The notes beneath the pieces were generated by a model. It was given only the letters and a program-made list of their open reading frames with translations, was not told the origin of the DNA and did not search any database. Shown here piece after piece: positions 15,813 through 29,810 of a stretch of DNA of 64,000 nt. Each line of letters begins with the position of its first letter. Within the stretch, counting starts at the first letter, position 1. The position numbers and the translations under genes were made by a program. This DNA is from Octopus vulgaris (taxonomy: Eukaryota): positions 29,202,001 through 29,266,000 of the forward strand of contig OX597816.1 of the NCBI GenBank assembly GCA_951406725.2, given 5' to 3'.

Positions 15813-16418
15813 GTAAGTTAAGTATGTTATAGAGAAAGCGATTTCTGTATAACTCTTAGAGCTGCTTCTATTACTTAATTCGGGGTTTATCCTACTGATA
15901 CGGCGCCATTTCAAATCAGTGTTTTCTTTATATACTATCTCCATATACTTCAGACTGGTTGATTCATTTTCTTTTAGGAAATGACACGTAAATGCGACTC
16001 TGACAAGCCCCAACAACAGTGAACCTTGTATCTGTGGCATTTCTAGTCGATTTTGGAGCGATTTCGTTTCGCTTCTCTCTTTTCCTCTCCTTCCTTGTCT
16101 CTGAATTATATTTTGTGTATTTTAACAATGCGACAATAAATGTAGTTTTCTCGGACATTTGAGTATATCATATAGATAAAGATTTCACTCTAGAGCTCTT
16201 TCTGTCGAATAATGTGTGTGTATGTGTGTGTGTATTTGTGCGTGTTATAGTGTAAATAAAGGGGAGTACTTGGAAGTGTGTCCTCGGGAAGTACAGCTGC
16301 CTGTTCACAGTTTTCTTTGTATCTTTGAAGAATTAAAGGAAGAATATTCTATATATTTTGCGTTCTAGATGTATATTTTAGTAACTTCTAATCTGTATTG
16401 AAGCACAAGGAATTAAAA

Positions 16419-16483
<65 letters not shown>

Positions 16484-17221
16484 GTTATTACTATTACTTT
16501 CTGTTGAATTTGTGGTTTCAAACTAGCGTGTAGCTAATCTGTTATGCATTTAATTTATATGACGCCTTCAGTTTGCTAAGTAGAAACAATTAAACATTCT
16601 TGATAAGTAATCTATTCCGTCAGATATATTTCCGCAGCTTAGGATAAAACAGTGAGTATTTGGACTAGAAACTAGCTTTTGAACACATTAACTTAGTGCC
16701 CCACTGTTAATCAAATGGAAAACATTCTTTTTCTCTTAATCATTCTTATTGAATTGCTATTTATATTAATGGGTTTAGATATTGATACATTGCAGTTAAT
16801 TTATCGATATTAAGTTGAAGAAGTTAATAATTGTAATCTTTTAATAGCATTTCGACGATATTGCATTTCTGAACACCACCCCGAACCTCAATACATTTAT
16901 CATAGTTATTTATAGTCATTGCATATCATATTCAATATCATTTTGTCAAAGAGAGTTATTCATTGAAAGTTTTGTTTTATGTAAGAGATATGTCAAATCA
17001 ATTTCTCTATGAATGAAGTAATAATATCTATCAGGAAGTTTTATTTGATGCCCCGTCTTTTGAAAGTTTAATGCTCTCGTGTCTCTATCTTTACTGAAGT
17101 TGAACTGATTGAAGTGATGATAGGTGTAATGAAATATTAGAAGAAACTATGGCTTTACATTCTAAAATCTTTATTTAATAAAGTCTTAGTGTGAGAATTT
17201 ATCTGTCTTTCTATCTCTCGA

Positions 17222-17450
17222 TATATGTATGTACGTATGCATGTGTGTATGTATGTATGTATGTATGTATGTATGTATGTATGTACGTATGTATGTATGT
17301 ATGTATGTATGTATGTACGTATGTATGTATGTATGTATGTATGTATGTATGTATGTATGTATGTACGTACGTATGTGTGTATGTATGTATGTATGTATGT
17401 ATGTATGTATGTATGTATGTATGTATGTATGTATGTATGTATGTATGTAT
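17222..17450. repeat. (TATG)n microsatellite
   Basis: Read directly. Confidence 0.95.
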
Positions 17451-17454
17451 AAAC

Positions 17455-17741
17455 AATTGAGAGTGAAGGACTCCTAGCCTTTGTTAGGGCATATTTCTAG
17501 GAGAAGGTAACTCAGGTAATTGGGATAACTCTGACATAAAACCTGCGGCTCAGTGGTTACCGATTATGTTGACTTGTTCTTCTTTTCGGATTATGGCTGC
17601 TGTTGCCTAGTGAGTGGGATTGACTCAGTGCACAGCCTTTCCTCACTTTAAAAAAAATCTTCTTGCACAGGCATTGCACGATAACAACATTGATTGAGTT
17701 TCGTGCAATGGCCATACTCGATAACGAGAGGGCAGCCACCA

Positions 17742-17742
<1 letters not shown>
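17455..17742 (+). mobile_element. Probable RTE-clade LINE 5' UTR fragment
   Basis: ctaggagaaggtaactc...aaacct resembles RTE/BovB-type 5' UTRs as I recall them. Confidence 0.4.
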
Positions 17743-17788
<46 letters not shown>

Positions 17789-17874
17789 ATGTATGTATGT
17801 ATGTATGTATGTATGTATGTATGTATGTATGTATGTATGTATGTATCCATGTATCCATGTACGTATGTATGTCT

Positions 17875-18105
17875 GTGACCGGGGAAGACCATTGTTGACC
17901 TTCAGGAACATTGTGCGCTCTAGGTCTAACTTATATTTTGGGCGGCTAATGAGCCCTGCTCTTGATAAGCATAGACGACTGCAAACATTGCAAACCAAGC
18001 TTTCCCCATTCACCACACCAGTAGCGCACTCTCGAGCAGCACGCTGACGTTTTTCATGTAAAATAGAGCTCTCTCAAAGGTGCCGACCCACTCCTTAACC
18101 TGGGA
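17875..18105 (-). mobile_element. RTE-like LINE 3' end
   Basis: C-terminal zinc-finger-like LVCNVCSRLCLSRAGLIS typical of RTE ORF ends, followed by a tetranucleotide tail. Confidence 0.65.
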
Positions 18106-18174
18106 GAAGGAAACACGATATATACATGTATGTGTGTGTTTGTGGTGTGCGTGCGTGCGTGTGTATGTGTGTAG

Positions 18175-19015
18175 AAGGTTGGAAAAAACTTCACTAGGTG
18201 ATATGTATAAGTAAAATAAGTCAAGGTTGAAAATGCTAAAATAATTTTATCATGAAGTAAATTTTAGTACCGGTTTCAGGCTTTGCGAGCAAAGCGTGAA
18301 AAACAGATTGTGGAAAAATTAAATGAAATGTCTTTTAAAAAATATTTTCATAGTTTTCAAATGCAAGAGATATTTCCCCCTTTTTTCTGCCTGACACTGT
18401 CTCCCTTTTTTTATTCATGTGAGATCTTGGTAGCAGGTAGAAGTTAGTAGTAGTCCTAATATTTGAAATGAATTCTTGGATTTGATTGTTTAAGCACCAG
18501 TAGGAGACGACGACAACGAAGAAGAAGAAGAAGAAGAAGAAGAAGAAGAAGAAGAAGAAGAAGAAGAAGAAGAAGAAGAAGAAGAAGAAGAAAAAGAAGA
18601 AGCAGAAATGCGTCTGTGGTATGACTGTAGTAGGATGTTGATGGAATCCTCTTAAATGGTAAAGTGTCCTGTTGTTGTCATTGTAGTGATTGAAACTGTT
18701 CTGAATAAATTTATGAGTAGTCACTGTTCTGAATATATAGTATTTAATATTTGCGTAATTATTATTCTAAGGCCTTCCAAAAGTGTCATTTGTGGAAGAC
18801 ATTCAAAAGCAGCTGTTTGTTTGCGGTGCAAAAGTCGATGTGTTCCCTGAATGCAATTTTTCTGTATTCCCGAATTTTGACCTGGGATCTATGTAGAGCC
18901 ATCCTTTGACGTAGACTGTGTTTTTGGTTTGGTCTATGTATTGCTCTCGACACCAAAAGCAAGTTAATACATATATTAGGTTCTCCGAGGCACATGTGAA
19001 CTTGCTTTTCAGTGC
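18175..19015 (-). mobile_element. Decayed PLE 3' end (GIY-YIG plus terminus)
   Basis: Frames join to FTCASENLIYVLTCFWCREQYIDQTKN / LRQRMALHRSQVKIREYRKIAF.EHIDFC (LIY...YIG variant). Only the 3' half of an HHR (GAAA-CCGG-TA, ~18267-18277) remains. Interrupted by (GAA)n at 18518-18600. Confidence 0.75.
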
Positions 19016-19044
19016 ATATATATATATACTTGTACATGTATGTA

Positions 19045-19090
<46 letters not shown>

Positions 19091-19367
19091 CATGTGTATA
19101 AGATACAGGCTTGAAACAAACATCTACTCCTCGAAGACAATATCTGAACATAGCCTATGCGCTTAGTGCAAGCAGTATAAAACCTCTCCGCCTACTCAAA
19201 TATCCTCACCTGATGTTCGTTGTATATTGTTGGAATAATATAATATAATACAATATAATATAATATAATATAATATAATATATTATAGTATAATATAATA
19301 TAATATATATATGTATATATATATATTATATATATATATGTATGTATATATATACATATATATATAA

Positions 19368-19429
<62 letters not shown>

Positions 19430-20157
19430 CACATATGTTTATGAATACACTCAAACACACACACACGGACACAAATAATCATGAAACAACGAACGATACT
19501 TATAAAAGATAAAACTACAATTCAATGACTTCAGGACGTGTTATATAATATTTCTAACACATAAAGTCGGTTAATGTTTAATATAGAATAGTATATAGGA
19601 AATACTTCTTTGCATACTAGTTCTCTCGGTGTATCTATATAGGCAGCCAAACATCAAATCAGTCTTTGAAATCTATCGAAAATGGTGGGAAAGTATAAAA
19701 AATGTCTTTTTACGTGTTTCAATGAAAATGCAGATTTTATTATAAGCTCAACATACGGTGTTTGTTGAAAGCAGATCTTTATTTCTTGTTCACCCTCTTA
19801 CTCTCTGTTTCCATCTCCATCTCCATCTCTCTCTCACAAACACACAACACACACACACAAACACACACACACTCTTCTTATGTCCACATCATATGGACTA
19901 TGATCGCATCTATTCCTTTGCCTTCTCTTTTCTGCCACTCGTCAGTTGAAGCTATGCAAGTCATCGCTATTGTCACAGCAGCAATCACAGAAGTAAAGCA
20001 ATATAGAGAATACTTCTCTCAAACACCTACGATAGAAAATACTGCAAGCTCATATTATTATGTGTTTTTTTGTCTCCAGCTTGTCTAACAACAATGATTG
20101 GATTGATTACTCCCTCTTATGTTTGTAATACATGTTTGTATGAATATATATATATAT

Positions 20158-20355
20158 ATCTGTAAAATAATATGTGACAATTATTCAATAGTCAAGATAA
20201 AACTCTGAGTTTCAGATGCCGAGGTGGAAATCCACAACACCATCTCTTCGGTTTTCTGATATTGAATAATTGTCACATATTATTTTACAGATAAATTTCC
20301 TCTATTTACATAATCTTGAGGTCTCTTTCTTTCTTTTGTTATCTTAACGTTTTTA

Positions 20356-20358
<3 letters not shown>
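20158..20358 (-). mobile_element. Mini palindromic insert in (TA)n with degenerate HHR
   Basis: Arms atctgtaaaataatatgtgacaattattcaata (20158-20190 and ~20259-20292). The minus strand between them reads CCGAAGA-gatg...catc-t-GAAA-ctcagag-TT. ~65-bp tail on the right. Confidence 0.65.
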
Positions 20359-20401
<43 letters not shown>

Positions 20402-20431
20402 TACATGCACATATATATGTACACATATTTA

Positions 20432-20505
<74 letters not shown>

Positions 20506-20644
20506 TGAGAGAGAGAGAGAGAGAGAGAGAGATAGTTAGATAGATATACATACATGCAAATATATGCAAAGGTAGTAACAGCGCATCCTAATCAGAACTG
20601 CCAAATTACGTTGGCAAATGGATTTTACTCGCTCTCTCTCTCTT

Positions 20645-20705
<61 letters not shown>

Positions 20706-21630
20706 CACAAGCGTATTGTACTATAGCCTTTATCTATACATGTACATACTCGCGCACTCATTGTCACATTGTAACATAGACTAGGAAAAAAGTTCCTGTG
20801 GGTAGTGACTCTTCCTGTATGAGTTGATGCTTGCACGAAATTCTCTCCTTCCGCATAACATTCGTACATTCGAGATGCATTCTGAGGAATTTCAACCGTG
20901 TTTGTGGTCTGCTACCACAACAGCTTCTTTGTAAGATCCAGTTAGCTCAAGACATCATCAGGAGGAACCACGTCCGGTTTCGGCCCTTACTCCTCTACCG
21001 TTTTTACGTGGCAGCCCCGCCCCTTTCGGTGGTGTCTTCAGCTCTGTTATTGGGTGCATGTCTTCTATCACCTGCTTTCTTCTGTTCCCTGGCCTCTTCA
21101 ATGTAGCGTCAACGAGTGTCAGCGTGCGACTGACTGTCTTGTCAAATTTCCCTTTAAATATCTGCTGTCAGACTCCAGTAGGCAGCCCCAGCAAGTTGTC
21201 AGGTGATACTGTCTCCACTTTAACTGACCAATGAAGGCGCGTAGTCTTGGCCTACGCATTCTCTAAACGAGACCGTCGCCTGTCAATCAGTGAAGCTAAT
21301 TCAATGTAAGCTTGTCTCGCCTCGTGATGTTATATTCCTGTCGGCATGTTTTGACTTTCAAGCCATTGTTCTGTGGATGCTTTTTTTTCTGGACTGACAA
21401 AATGAAAGAAGTATAATTTTAGCAGTAACCTAAATGTTGTTGTTGCTGATCTCCAATAAATCCGAAGCTCATCGATTATTGATCAAGTGGGTTCCACTTT
21501 CAGGTCCCTCTGACTTTTACATATTCGTTAAGGATTCCATTTGTTTTGTTATATTTTTAAAATTTTAGATGTATTTGTAAGCAGATCAGGGTATCAATTC
21601 TACCAATTGAAGTAAGTAGATAGGTGCTAT

Positions 21631-22199
21631 AGTATGAAATTAACAGCGGACCTTGAAGCAATCCAGAGAAAATTCACAAAGAAGATCGTCTCTTTGCAAC
21701 ATCTCAGTTACTGGGAATGTTTGAAACAGCTAAGACTCTACTCCCTGGATAGTAGACGGGAGAGGTATGCAGTAATATATATCTGGAAGATCCTGGAAGG
21801 AATTGTGCCAAATTTTGGCATTGAAAGCTACTCCAATGCTAGAACGGGACGACACTGTATAGTGCCAAACGTCCCAGCAATACCATCACGCTTCAGGACC
21901 AGTTACTACAAAAGCCTGGGTTTCAAGGACCCAGAGCTTTTTTAATATTCTCCCAAAAGAGTCTGAGGAACTTGCACAAAGTAGATGTAGGGGTTTTTAA
22001 ATCAAAGCTGGACCTCTTCCTGCCGAGAGTGCCAGATGAACCTACCTCACGGCAAGAGGTGCAAATGAGGGTAGATATATCAAGCTCCATTCTTCACCAA
22101 GTGCCACATATTAGACGAGGATCTTAGTAATAACAGTGTAGCAAAACGGCGGTGCTTCAGCATGGCCGCAGCTCTGAGCTGAAACTAGAGAGAGAAAAA
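21631..22199 (+). mobile_element. 5'-truncated CR1/L2-group LINE (RT C-terminus and 3' UTR)
   Basis: LEAIQRKFTKKI..LSYWECLKQLRLYSLDSRRERYAVIYIWKIL, then frameshifted FKSKLDLFL..VPDEP. The 3' UTR ends in a motif shared with SINE A. Confidence 0.85.
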
Positions 22200-24177
22200 T
22201 CTGTTTGATTCTTTCGTTCTCTCCCGGTGTGTCAAGCTTCTTATTTGTCTGTTTGTCTCTCTCTCTCTCTCTTTATCTTTCTCTTTCTTCCTTTCTCCCT
22301 CTCGCTCTTTCTCTCTCTTCCTTCTCAATATCACACATCTGCTGAAAATTTGGGAAGCATAAAATGGGATGAGTTTATAAAACGTTAGAAACATTCGAGA
22401 TTCTGCATGCTTTATCTAAGTTCCCTTTTCTTGTTGAAGCATTGAGATAAGAGTCAGAATAACTGAATTAGAAGATGCGCAGTGTGAATTAGAATTGCAA
22501 ATGTTATGTTCTCCTATGATGATACTGTCAGAATGCAGACATAATATGAAAAGCATAGATCGCTTGCTTCTCATAATGTAATCATTGTTTTCAATTATCA
22601 CGTGATATTTGCCCATAAAATCTATATGCATGCGACTGTAATGAATAAGAATTAAAGAGGCATCCAAGTAATCATATTAACAAGTGATAATCAACACAGG
22701 AGAATGAAGAATATATCTAAAGTATACAGAAATACTTGTCGTGTTCGAGTAGTGTTATTTATTAATAGAGATGAACAACTTAAGTGTTATTCCTGTAGAA
22801 ACGTCAGATGTTATAATCAGATTGGAATTGCAGATTACTAGAAATGTGTAAGTTCTGTGATAGTTTCAGATGATTCATTTAGAGAATACGTAGAAACGGC
22901 AGTAATTACTCCATAAAACATCGATTGACTTGTATAACTGATGTATTATATGCAGAAGGAGTCACGTAAATAAAACTGTAAATCGATAACTATATGCATA
23001 ATTTGAGAACTACGCACATACAAATATGTATATATGTTTATTATTTAAAATAATTTCATTTAAAAATTTTCAACCACAAATTTTGTACAGATTTTGCTGT
23101 AGTCAAATGTTCAAAGTAAATCATGCAAATTGTAGTTATTGTGTTGTTTGGCTTTCTTCTCTATTTAAATAGATTTGTCAGAAGGTACAATTCATTACAT
23201 GTAACTAAGTGATACACATGACTACACGCTTTGTTAAAATATGCCAGACAAAGCTTCTCGTAAAAAAAAAGTTGAAACATAAAGACTGTAATGAATTTTA
23301 ACTGAAGAAAAAGAATATTCATACGGGAATTTATAAATTCCATCGAAATGTGTCCGAGTGTTTTGAACACCTCTTTAAAATCATAGTTAGAGGAGATAGA
23401 AAGATAGGGAAAAGCCAACGTGGCTAATTCTATTTGATAGATGCAAACACTCAGCATTAACAACGTTCTTCATTTAACAGGTTAAAAGTATATAACAAAT
23501 TTTATGAATGGAGTTAAACTTCTTAACCGTAAAACGTTTCTAAATGTATTTTCTTGTACTTTATCTTCATAATTTTTCAAGGAGTAGCCATTTTATTAGA
23601 GCCTAAAGAAATTGCCGGATTGAGCATCGTGCCGTACAAAAGTGATATCCGATCACGAAAATTGAAAGGGCTTAACTCTTGAATTTCGAACATTATATAT
23701 ACTCCACCCAGCAGTGTGCAGGTTTGCTGATCCTGTCACCAGTTAACTACAAACTTGCTTTATTAATCTCTCTGTTATATGAACGATCATGATAATCAAA
23801 CACACACACACACACATACATACATACACACACACACACACATCTGTACCCAGACACATATACATTTGCACACATAAACGTTTGTATGTATTTTGTGAAT
23901 TCAGGATATATGTGCTGTTTGTTCGCAATTGTCGTTTATAAACTTGTGTTCTCTTAATATCAGACATGGTAAACAGTCCTTGGCAAATTTGTATTCCCTG
24001 ATGCTTGTACTTTATCGTCGATATTAAAATAAATATTGGTATTGTTTACAATTTAAAAATAAAAAATTCACCCATTACCTAAGCTTCTTAAAGGATCATT
24101 GAAAACCCTTTCTTCAATTAAATCTTTTTCCATATGAAGCTTCTACTTTAAGATGACTTTAAGATGAGATATATATA

Positions 24178-25449
24178 TTGGGTTGTCCGGAAAGTTCGTG
24201 CCGATTTATAGTAGCTTATCTTTCCACTTGTTTTAGAACATGGTTGAGTCCATAAAATAGGATTTGACTACACCTCCGTTTAGAGCATAGTTTAAGCTAT
24301 CTTTTCGTGGAAGAAGATTTATGTTCCCATAACCTGTGTTAATTCTGTAACCCTTTAAAATGGAAGATAAGAAATAGCATTGATGCTTTTCTTTTCCCGT
24401 AAAGGGAAAAATACCTCTCAAGCAACCAAAGAAATATGCGCAGTTTACGGTGATGTTTCTTTATCCGAAAGAACTGTACGGAAGTGGTTCACAAGATTCC
24501 GAGCCGGAGATTGTAGCCTTATTGATAAAGAGCGATCAGGCAGAGTATCCGCTACAGATGATGACCAAATGAAGTCATTAATTAAGAATAACCCACGTTG
24601 CAAACCTGAGAATTGGCAGAAAGCCTCAACCTATCAAAATCCGTCGTTCATGTGTACCTGGTAAAGCCTGGGTACACAAATCGCTACGATGTTTGGGTTC
24701 CACATGGGTTCAGTGAGAAGAACCTTTTGGATCGCATTTCCATCTGTAATTCGCTTTCTAAACGGATTGAGAAACGCGCTTTTTTAAAGCAAATTGTGAC
24801 AGGTGATGAGAAATGGATTATCTACCGAAATGTCCAGAGAAAGCGATCTTGGAGTAAGCGACATGAGCCACCCTTAGCCACCCCAAAAGCGGGTCTTCAC
24901 CATAATTTTTTTTTGATTTGTGTCTGGTGGGATTGGAAAAGAATTCTGTACTATGAGCTTCTCCCAAGTAACCAGACAATTAATTCTGAGAAATACGGCA
25001 CAGAACTGGACGAATTAAAAGCAGCAATTCAAGAGAAACGTCGAGAATTGGCCAACAGGAAGGGTGTTGTTTTCCAACATGACAATGTAAGACCGCACGT
25101 TCCTTTGGGAACCAGACAAAATTCCTGCAGCTCGCCTGAGATGTGTTACCCCATCCTCCATATTCACCAGATATTGCTCCTTCGGATTTCCACTTATTCA
25201 GGTCTCTGTAGAATAGTCTTAATGGTAAAAAATTTCAATTCCTTGGATGATGTAAAAATATACCTTGTTGAATTCTTTGCCATGAAACCACCTCAATTCT
25301 GAGAAGAGGATCTTTTCCAGTTAAAGGAAAGATGGAGACGCATTGTGCAACAAAACGTTTCATATTTGGTTGCTTAAAAATATAATGGCAAGTACCTATT
25401 GACTTTTTCTTTCCTTTAAAAATCGGCACGACCTTTCCGGACCACCCAA
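24178..25449 (+). mobile_element. Full-length (1272 bp) defective mariner transposon
   Basis: ~30-bp TIRs ttgggttgtccggaaagttcgtgccgattt with TA on both sides. Motifs WVPH, IVTGDEKW, HDNVRPH and frameshifted HPPYSPDIAPSDFHLF. Confidence 0.95.
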
Positions 25450-25683
25450 TAGTTTATGAAAGAAAATCAATTACAGAATAAATTTCCTACTTCCACACAT
25501 ACACACACACACACACAAACACACACAAGAGGAATGAATGTAAAAATACATTACGCAGGATATATTGTAGACAATTCAAAATTATCCACGAATGCATCAG
25601 TGGCCACAAAAATGCAATCAAAAAATTATTATATAAGAAGAGTGCAATAATTATGAATGAATCACAATTACAACGGGGAGGGT

Positions 25684-26705
25684 TAAAAACCTTTACATGC
25701 CTAGAAATAGCAGTCACATTCGCCACAAAATCACTATAACCATTCCTCAACCAAAAATGCTGTCGGCGAGCGACATGACATATAAAATTCAAGACCCAAC
25801 TAAAAATGAAAGATTAGTCCTCAATTGTAATTTCGAAATTAGGAACCAAAAATGGATACATTTGTCTCTTCAGAAGAAATTCCTGTACACAGATTTTAAC
25901 ACCAAAAACATACTTTGGGGCTTAACCTGTGACCCAACCGGCAAGAATAATGTATCAACGTCAATCTGTACAATTCAAATTCTGAATTCACGCGTCATGC
26001 ACACACACAGCGTTTATAAGAGGGGACCAGTTCAACTAGCCACTGCGAAGAACAGTTATATTAGTAAAGCAACGGTATTCTTAACTAATAAGGCGGCTAG
26101 CTGGCAGAAACGTTAGCAAGCCGGGCGAAATGCTTAGTGGTATTTCGTCTGCGTTACGTTGTGAGTTCAAATTCCGCCGAGATCGACTTTGCCCTTCATC
26201 CTTTCGGGGTCGATAACTTAAGTACCAATAACGCACTGGGGTCGATGTAATCGACTTGATACCTATGTCTGTCCTTGTTTGTCCCCTCTGTGTTTAGCCC
26301 CTTGTGGGTAATAAAGAAATGGGTATTCTTAACTGATGACAGTTGCTCTATTAATCTCTATTAATGTTCGCAGTGGCTAGTTGAAATAGTCTCCTCTTAT
26401 AAACGTTGTGCATGACGTTTGAATTCAGAATCTGATTTGTGTATATAGATTTTAACTGATTATTGTTGCCGGTCGGGACAAATGTGAATCCCCAAGGTAT
26501 GTTTTTTGTGTTAAACTCTATGTACGGGAATGTTCTGAAGAGAAGAATGAATCCAGTTTTGGTTCTAACTTTTATTTTTATTTAGGTTTTGAAACTGATG
26601 TCATGTCGGTCGCCGACAGCATTTATGGTTGAGGAGAAATGATATGAGTGATTGTAGAGACTTTATGATGGTTTTGACTGGTATTTCGAGGCATGTAAGG
26701 GTTTG
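25684..26705. repeat. Old long inverted repeat (foldback-like), ~350-bp diverged arms
   Basis: 25684-26050 pairs with 26366-26705, for example ttcaactagccactgcgaa/ttcgcagtggctagttgaa and atgctgtcggcga.cgacatgaca/tgtcatgtcg.tcgccgacagcat. A SINE B sits in the spacer. Confidence 0.8.
26087..26321 (+). mobile_element. SINE family B, full length
   Basis: tRNA-like head with B-box gagttcaaatt. 13-bp TSD ggtattcttaact at 26074-26086 and 26322-26334. Confidence 0.9.
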
Positions 26706-26811
26706 TAATTTATTCAATTATATAAATAAATGAATAAATAAATAAATATATATATATATATGTATGTATGTATGCATATATATATACATATATGATATAT
26801 ATATATATATG

Positions 26812-27306
<495 letters not shown>

Positions 27307-27415
27307 TACATACATATATGTATATATATATACATATATGTATATATAAACATACATACATATGTATATATATATATATACATAGATATATATGTATGTA
27401 TATATGTGTATATGT

Positions 27416-27449
<34 letters not shown>

Positions 27450-27472
27450 ATATACATATATATATGTGTATA

Positions 27473-27579
<107 letters not shown>

Positions 27580-27789
27580 TTTTGGTGAAATAGAAAGATG
27601 AATAATCTTGTTGCAGATTAATCAAAAGTTTAACCGATACCTTGGTAGCAAAAATCACAGCAGAAGAAAGCACGGTTGGAGGTACAACCATATGGTGTTG
27701 CAACCGTGCGTTGGTGCGGATAATTGAATTTTAATATTATTAGTGAATTGAAGAAATGGAGTTGAACGAAGATTGAACAGACATCCTTT

Positions 27790-27882
27790 TATTGCATTCT
27801 ACACGTGTTTCGAAAGCCACAATTTACCAAATTGCGATTGAATAAGGAGACCATATTGTGTCTTTCTCTTCAGGAAGAAATA
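27790..27882 (-). ncRNA. Type I hammerhead ribozyme motif (inverted arm)
   Basis: Reverse complement of 29670-29762. Confidence 0.8.
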
Positions 27883-28267
27883 GGAATTCCGTTGGCAGAA
27901 CAAAAACAGAACAGAGGCGCAGCAAAACAAATCGAACGTGGAGGCTCCTAAGAGCCCATAGCCAAACTGTTAATCAATGTATGTTGAAATCTGGTGGTGG
28001 ATGCCTTGAAGATATTTACAGGTCAGGCAGCGGTCAATCCGGTGGGTGAGAGCACGGGGTGCGTAGATGTTCTTTGTGACCGAGACTAAGGTTCTGAATA
28101 TTTTAAGAATATTAGGTCTATTATATGGGGCGAGTAAAAATCTACTTAGAAACATGTGTGTGTGAACTGTTCTATATGTGCGCGGCCGTAAGTTGGTAAA
28201 AAGCGCTACACAATGGTCACTGCTGAAAAATCTGTCAGGCGGCAGAAAATATTTTATGTGTTCGTGT

Positions 28268-28797
28268 GGGAAGATTCAGGGGTTATTCCGTTAGTTAATA
28301 GTGACGTAGTGGAAAATAAAGTAGTAGGCGGCTGCAGTTCTCCCAATCAATATAGTAACAGTAACGCAGTTCTAATTTCAGAAACTAATCCTAATAGAAT
28401 AAGGTTCATGTCGGGGAACTCCAAGATCAGAAATGCCGTTTACCAATGCAAGGTTTACACGGACTCAGATGTCTACTCATATGTCGGGGCCTCATCGTCA
28501 AAATTGGCCTTACGAATCTCCAACCATTACGCAACTTTTCGCGACGTGAATAAATTCCAAGCCACGGGACTTAGCAAGCTAATATGGCGATTGAAGAATA
28601 CGAACTCAAGCTACAGGCTGGAATGGTCAATTTTGTCGGTGGCCCTCCCATTTGATAGGGGCAGAAGGAAGTGCAACCTTTGTGTCTCTGAGCTTTACCA
28701 TATATTGTTCGCCAGAGACCGGATGGTAAACGGACTTTTACAGTCGGCTTTTCGATGCCCCCATTGGTGGCGTTATACTTATCTCGCTTATAACTGA
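28268..28797 (+). CDS. PLE GIY-YIG endonuclease domain, 5'-truncated but open
   Basis: NAVYQCKV...YSYVGAS...RISNHYATF...LSKLIWRLK...WSILS...CNLCVSE...RCPH; highly similar to ORF 35353-36264. Confidence 0.85.
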
Positions 28798-28975
28798 CGC
28801 TTATAAATGATACCTGCACACGGTTACCCTACTTATATGAGTATAGCCCTTGAAAATAATTTTTTGAAAAAGCTTTTTAAGATAGATAGGATTAACCCTT
28901 GCAAGGGGAATTACTCCCATTAGGCTAATGGTGTTTTGTTTTGACGACGTGAGGTTTGTTTTGACAAAGCATGAT

Positions 28976-29372
28976 TAGACGAACACACGAACACATAAAA
29001 TATTTTCTGCCGCCTGACGGATTTTTCAGCAGTGACAATTGTGTAGCGCTTTTTACCAACTTACGGCCGCGCGATTAAACGAACACACGAACACATAAAA
29101 TATTTTCAGCCGCCTGACGGATTTTTCAGCAGTAACCATTGTGTAGCGCTTTTTACCAACTTACGGCCGCGCGATTAAACGAACACACGAACACATAAAA
29201 TATTTTCTGCCGCCTGACGGATTTTTCAGCAGTGACTATTGTGTAACGCTTTTTACCAACTTACGGCCGCGCGATTAAACGAACACACGAACACATAAAA
29301 TATTTTCTGCCGCCTGACGGATTTTTCAGCAGTGACCATTGTGTAGCGCTTTTTACCAACTTACGGCCGCGC
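28976..29372 (+). repeat. 100-bp tandem repeat, ~4 units, inside the PLE 3' region
   Basis: gaacacacgaacacataaaatatttt begins at 28981, 29081, 29181 and 29281; units differ at only a few bases. Confidence 0.95.
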
Positions 29373-29669
29373 ACATATAGAACAGTTCACACACACATGT
29401 TTCTAAGTAGATTTTTACTCGCCCCATATAATACACCTAATATTCTTAAAATATTCAGAACCTTAGTCTCGGTCACAAAGAACATCTACGCACCCCGTGC
29501 TCTCACCCACCGGATTGACCGCTGCCTGACCTGTAAATATCTTCAAGGCATCCACCACCAGATTTCAACATACATTGATTAACAGTTTGGCTATGGGCTC
29601 TTAGGAGCCTCCACGTTCGATTTGTTTTGCTGCGCCTCTGTTCTGTTTTTGTTCTGCCAACGGAATTCC

Positions 29670-29762
29670 TATTTCTTCCTGAAGAGAAAGACACAATATG
29701 GTCTCCTTATTCAATCGCAATTTGGTAAATTGTGGCTTTCGAAACACGTGTAGAATGCAATA
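29670..29762 (+). ncRNA. Type I hammerhead ribozyme motif
   Basis: tatttcttc-CTGAAGA-gaaagacacaat...attgtggctttc-GAAA-cacgtg-TA-gaatgcaata. Long stem II, palindromic stem III, GUA triplet; stem I imperfect. Confidence 0.82.
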
Positions 29763-29810
29763 AAATGATGTCTGTTCAATCTTCGTTCAACTCCATTTCT
29801 TCAATTCACT

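Noticed and set aside
20780-21330. GC-richer segment with CTGAAGA, CTGATGA and GAAA on the minus strand
   Set aside because: I could not build consistent stems I-III. Probably an unclassified repeat fragment.
22416-22667. Possible host exon
   Set aside because: Stops in the plausible frames, no recognisable protein and weak splice signals.
28976-29372. CRISPR-like regular array
   Set aside because: Whole units repeat with no unique spacers, there are no cas genes, and the context is a eukaryotic PLE.
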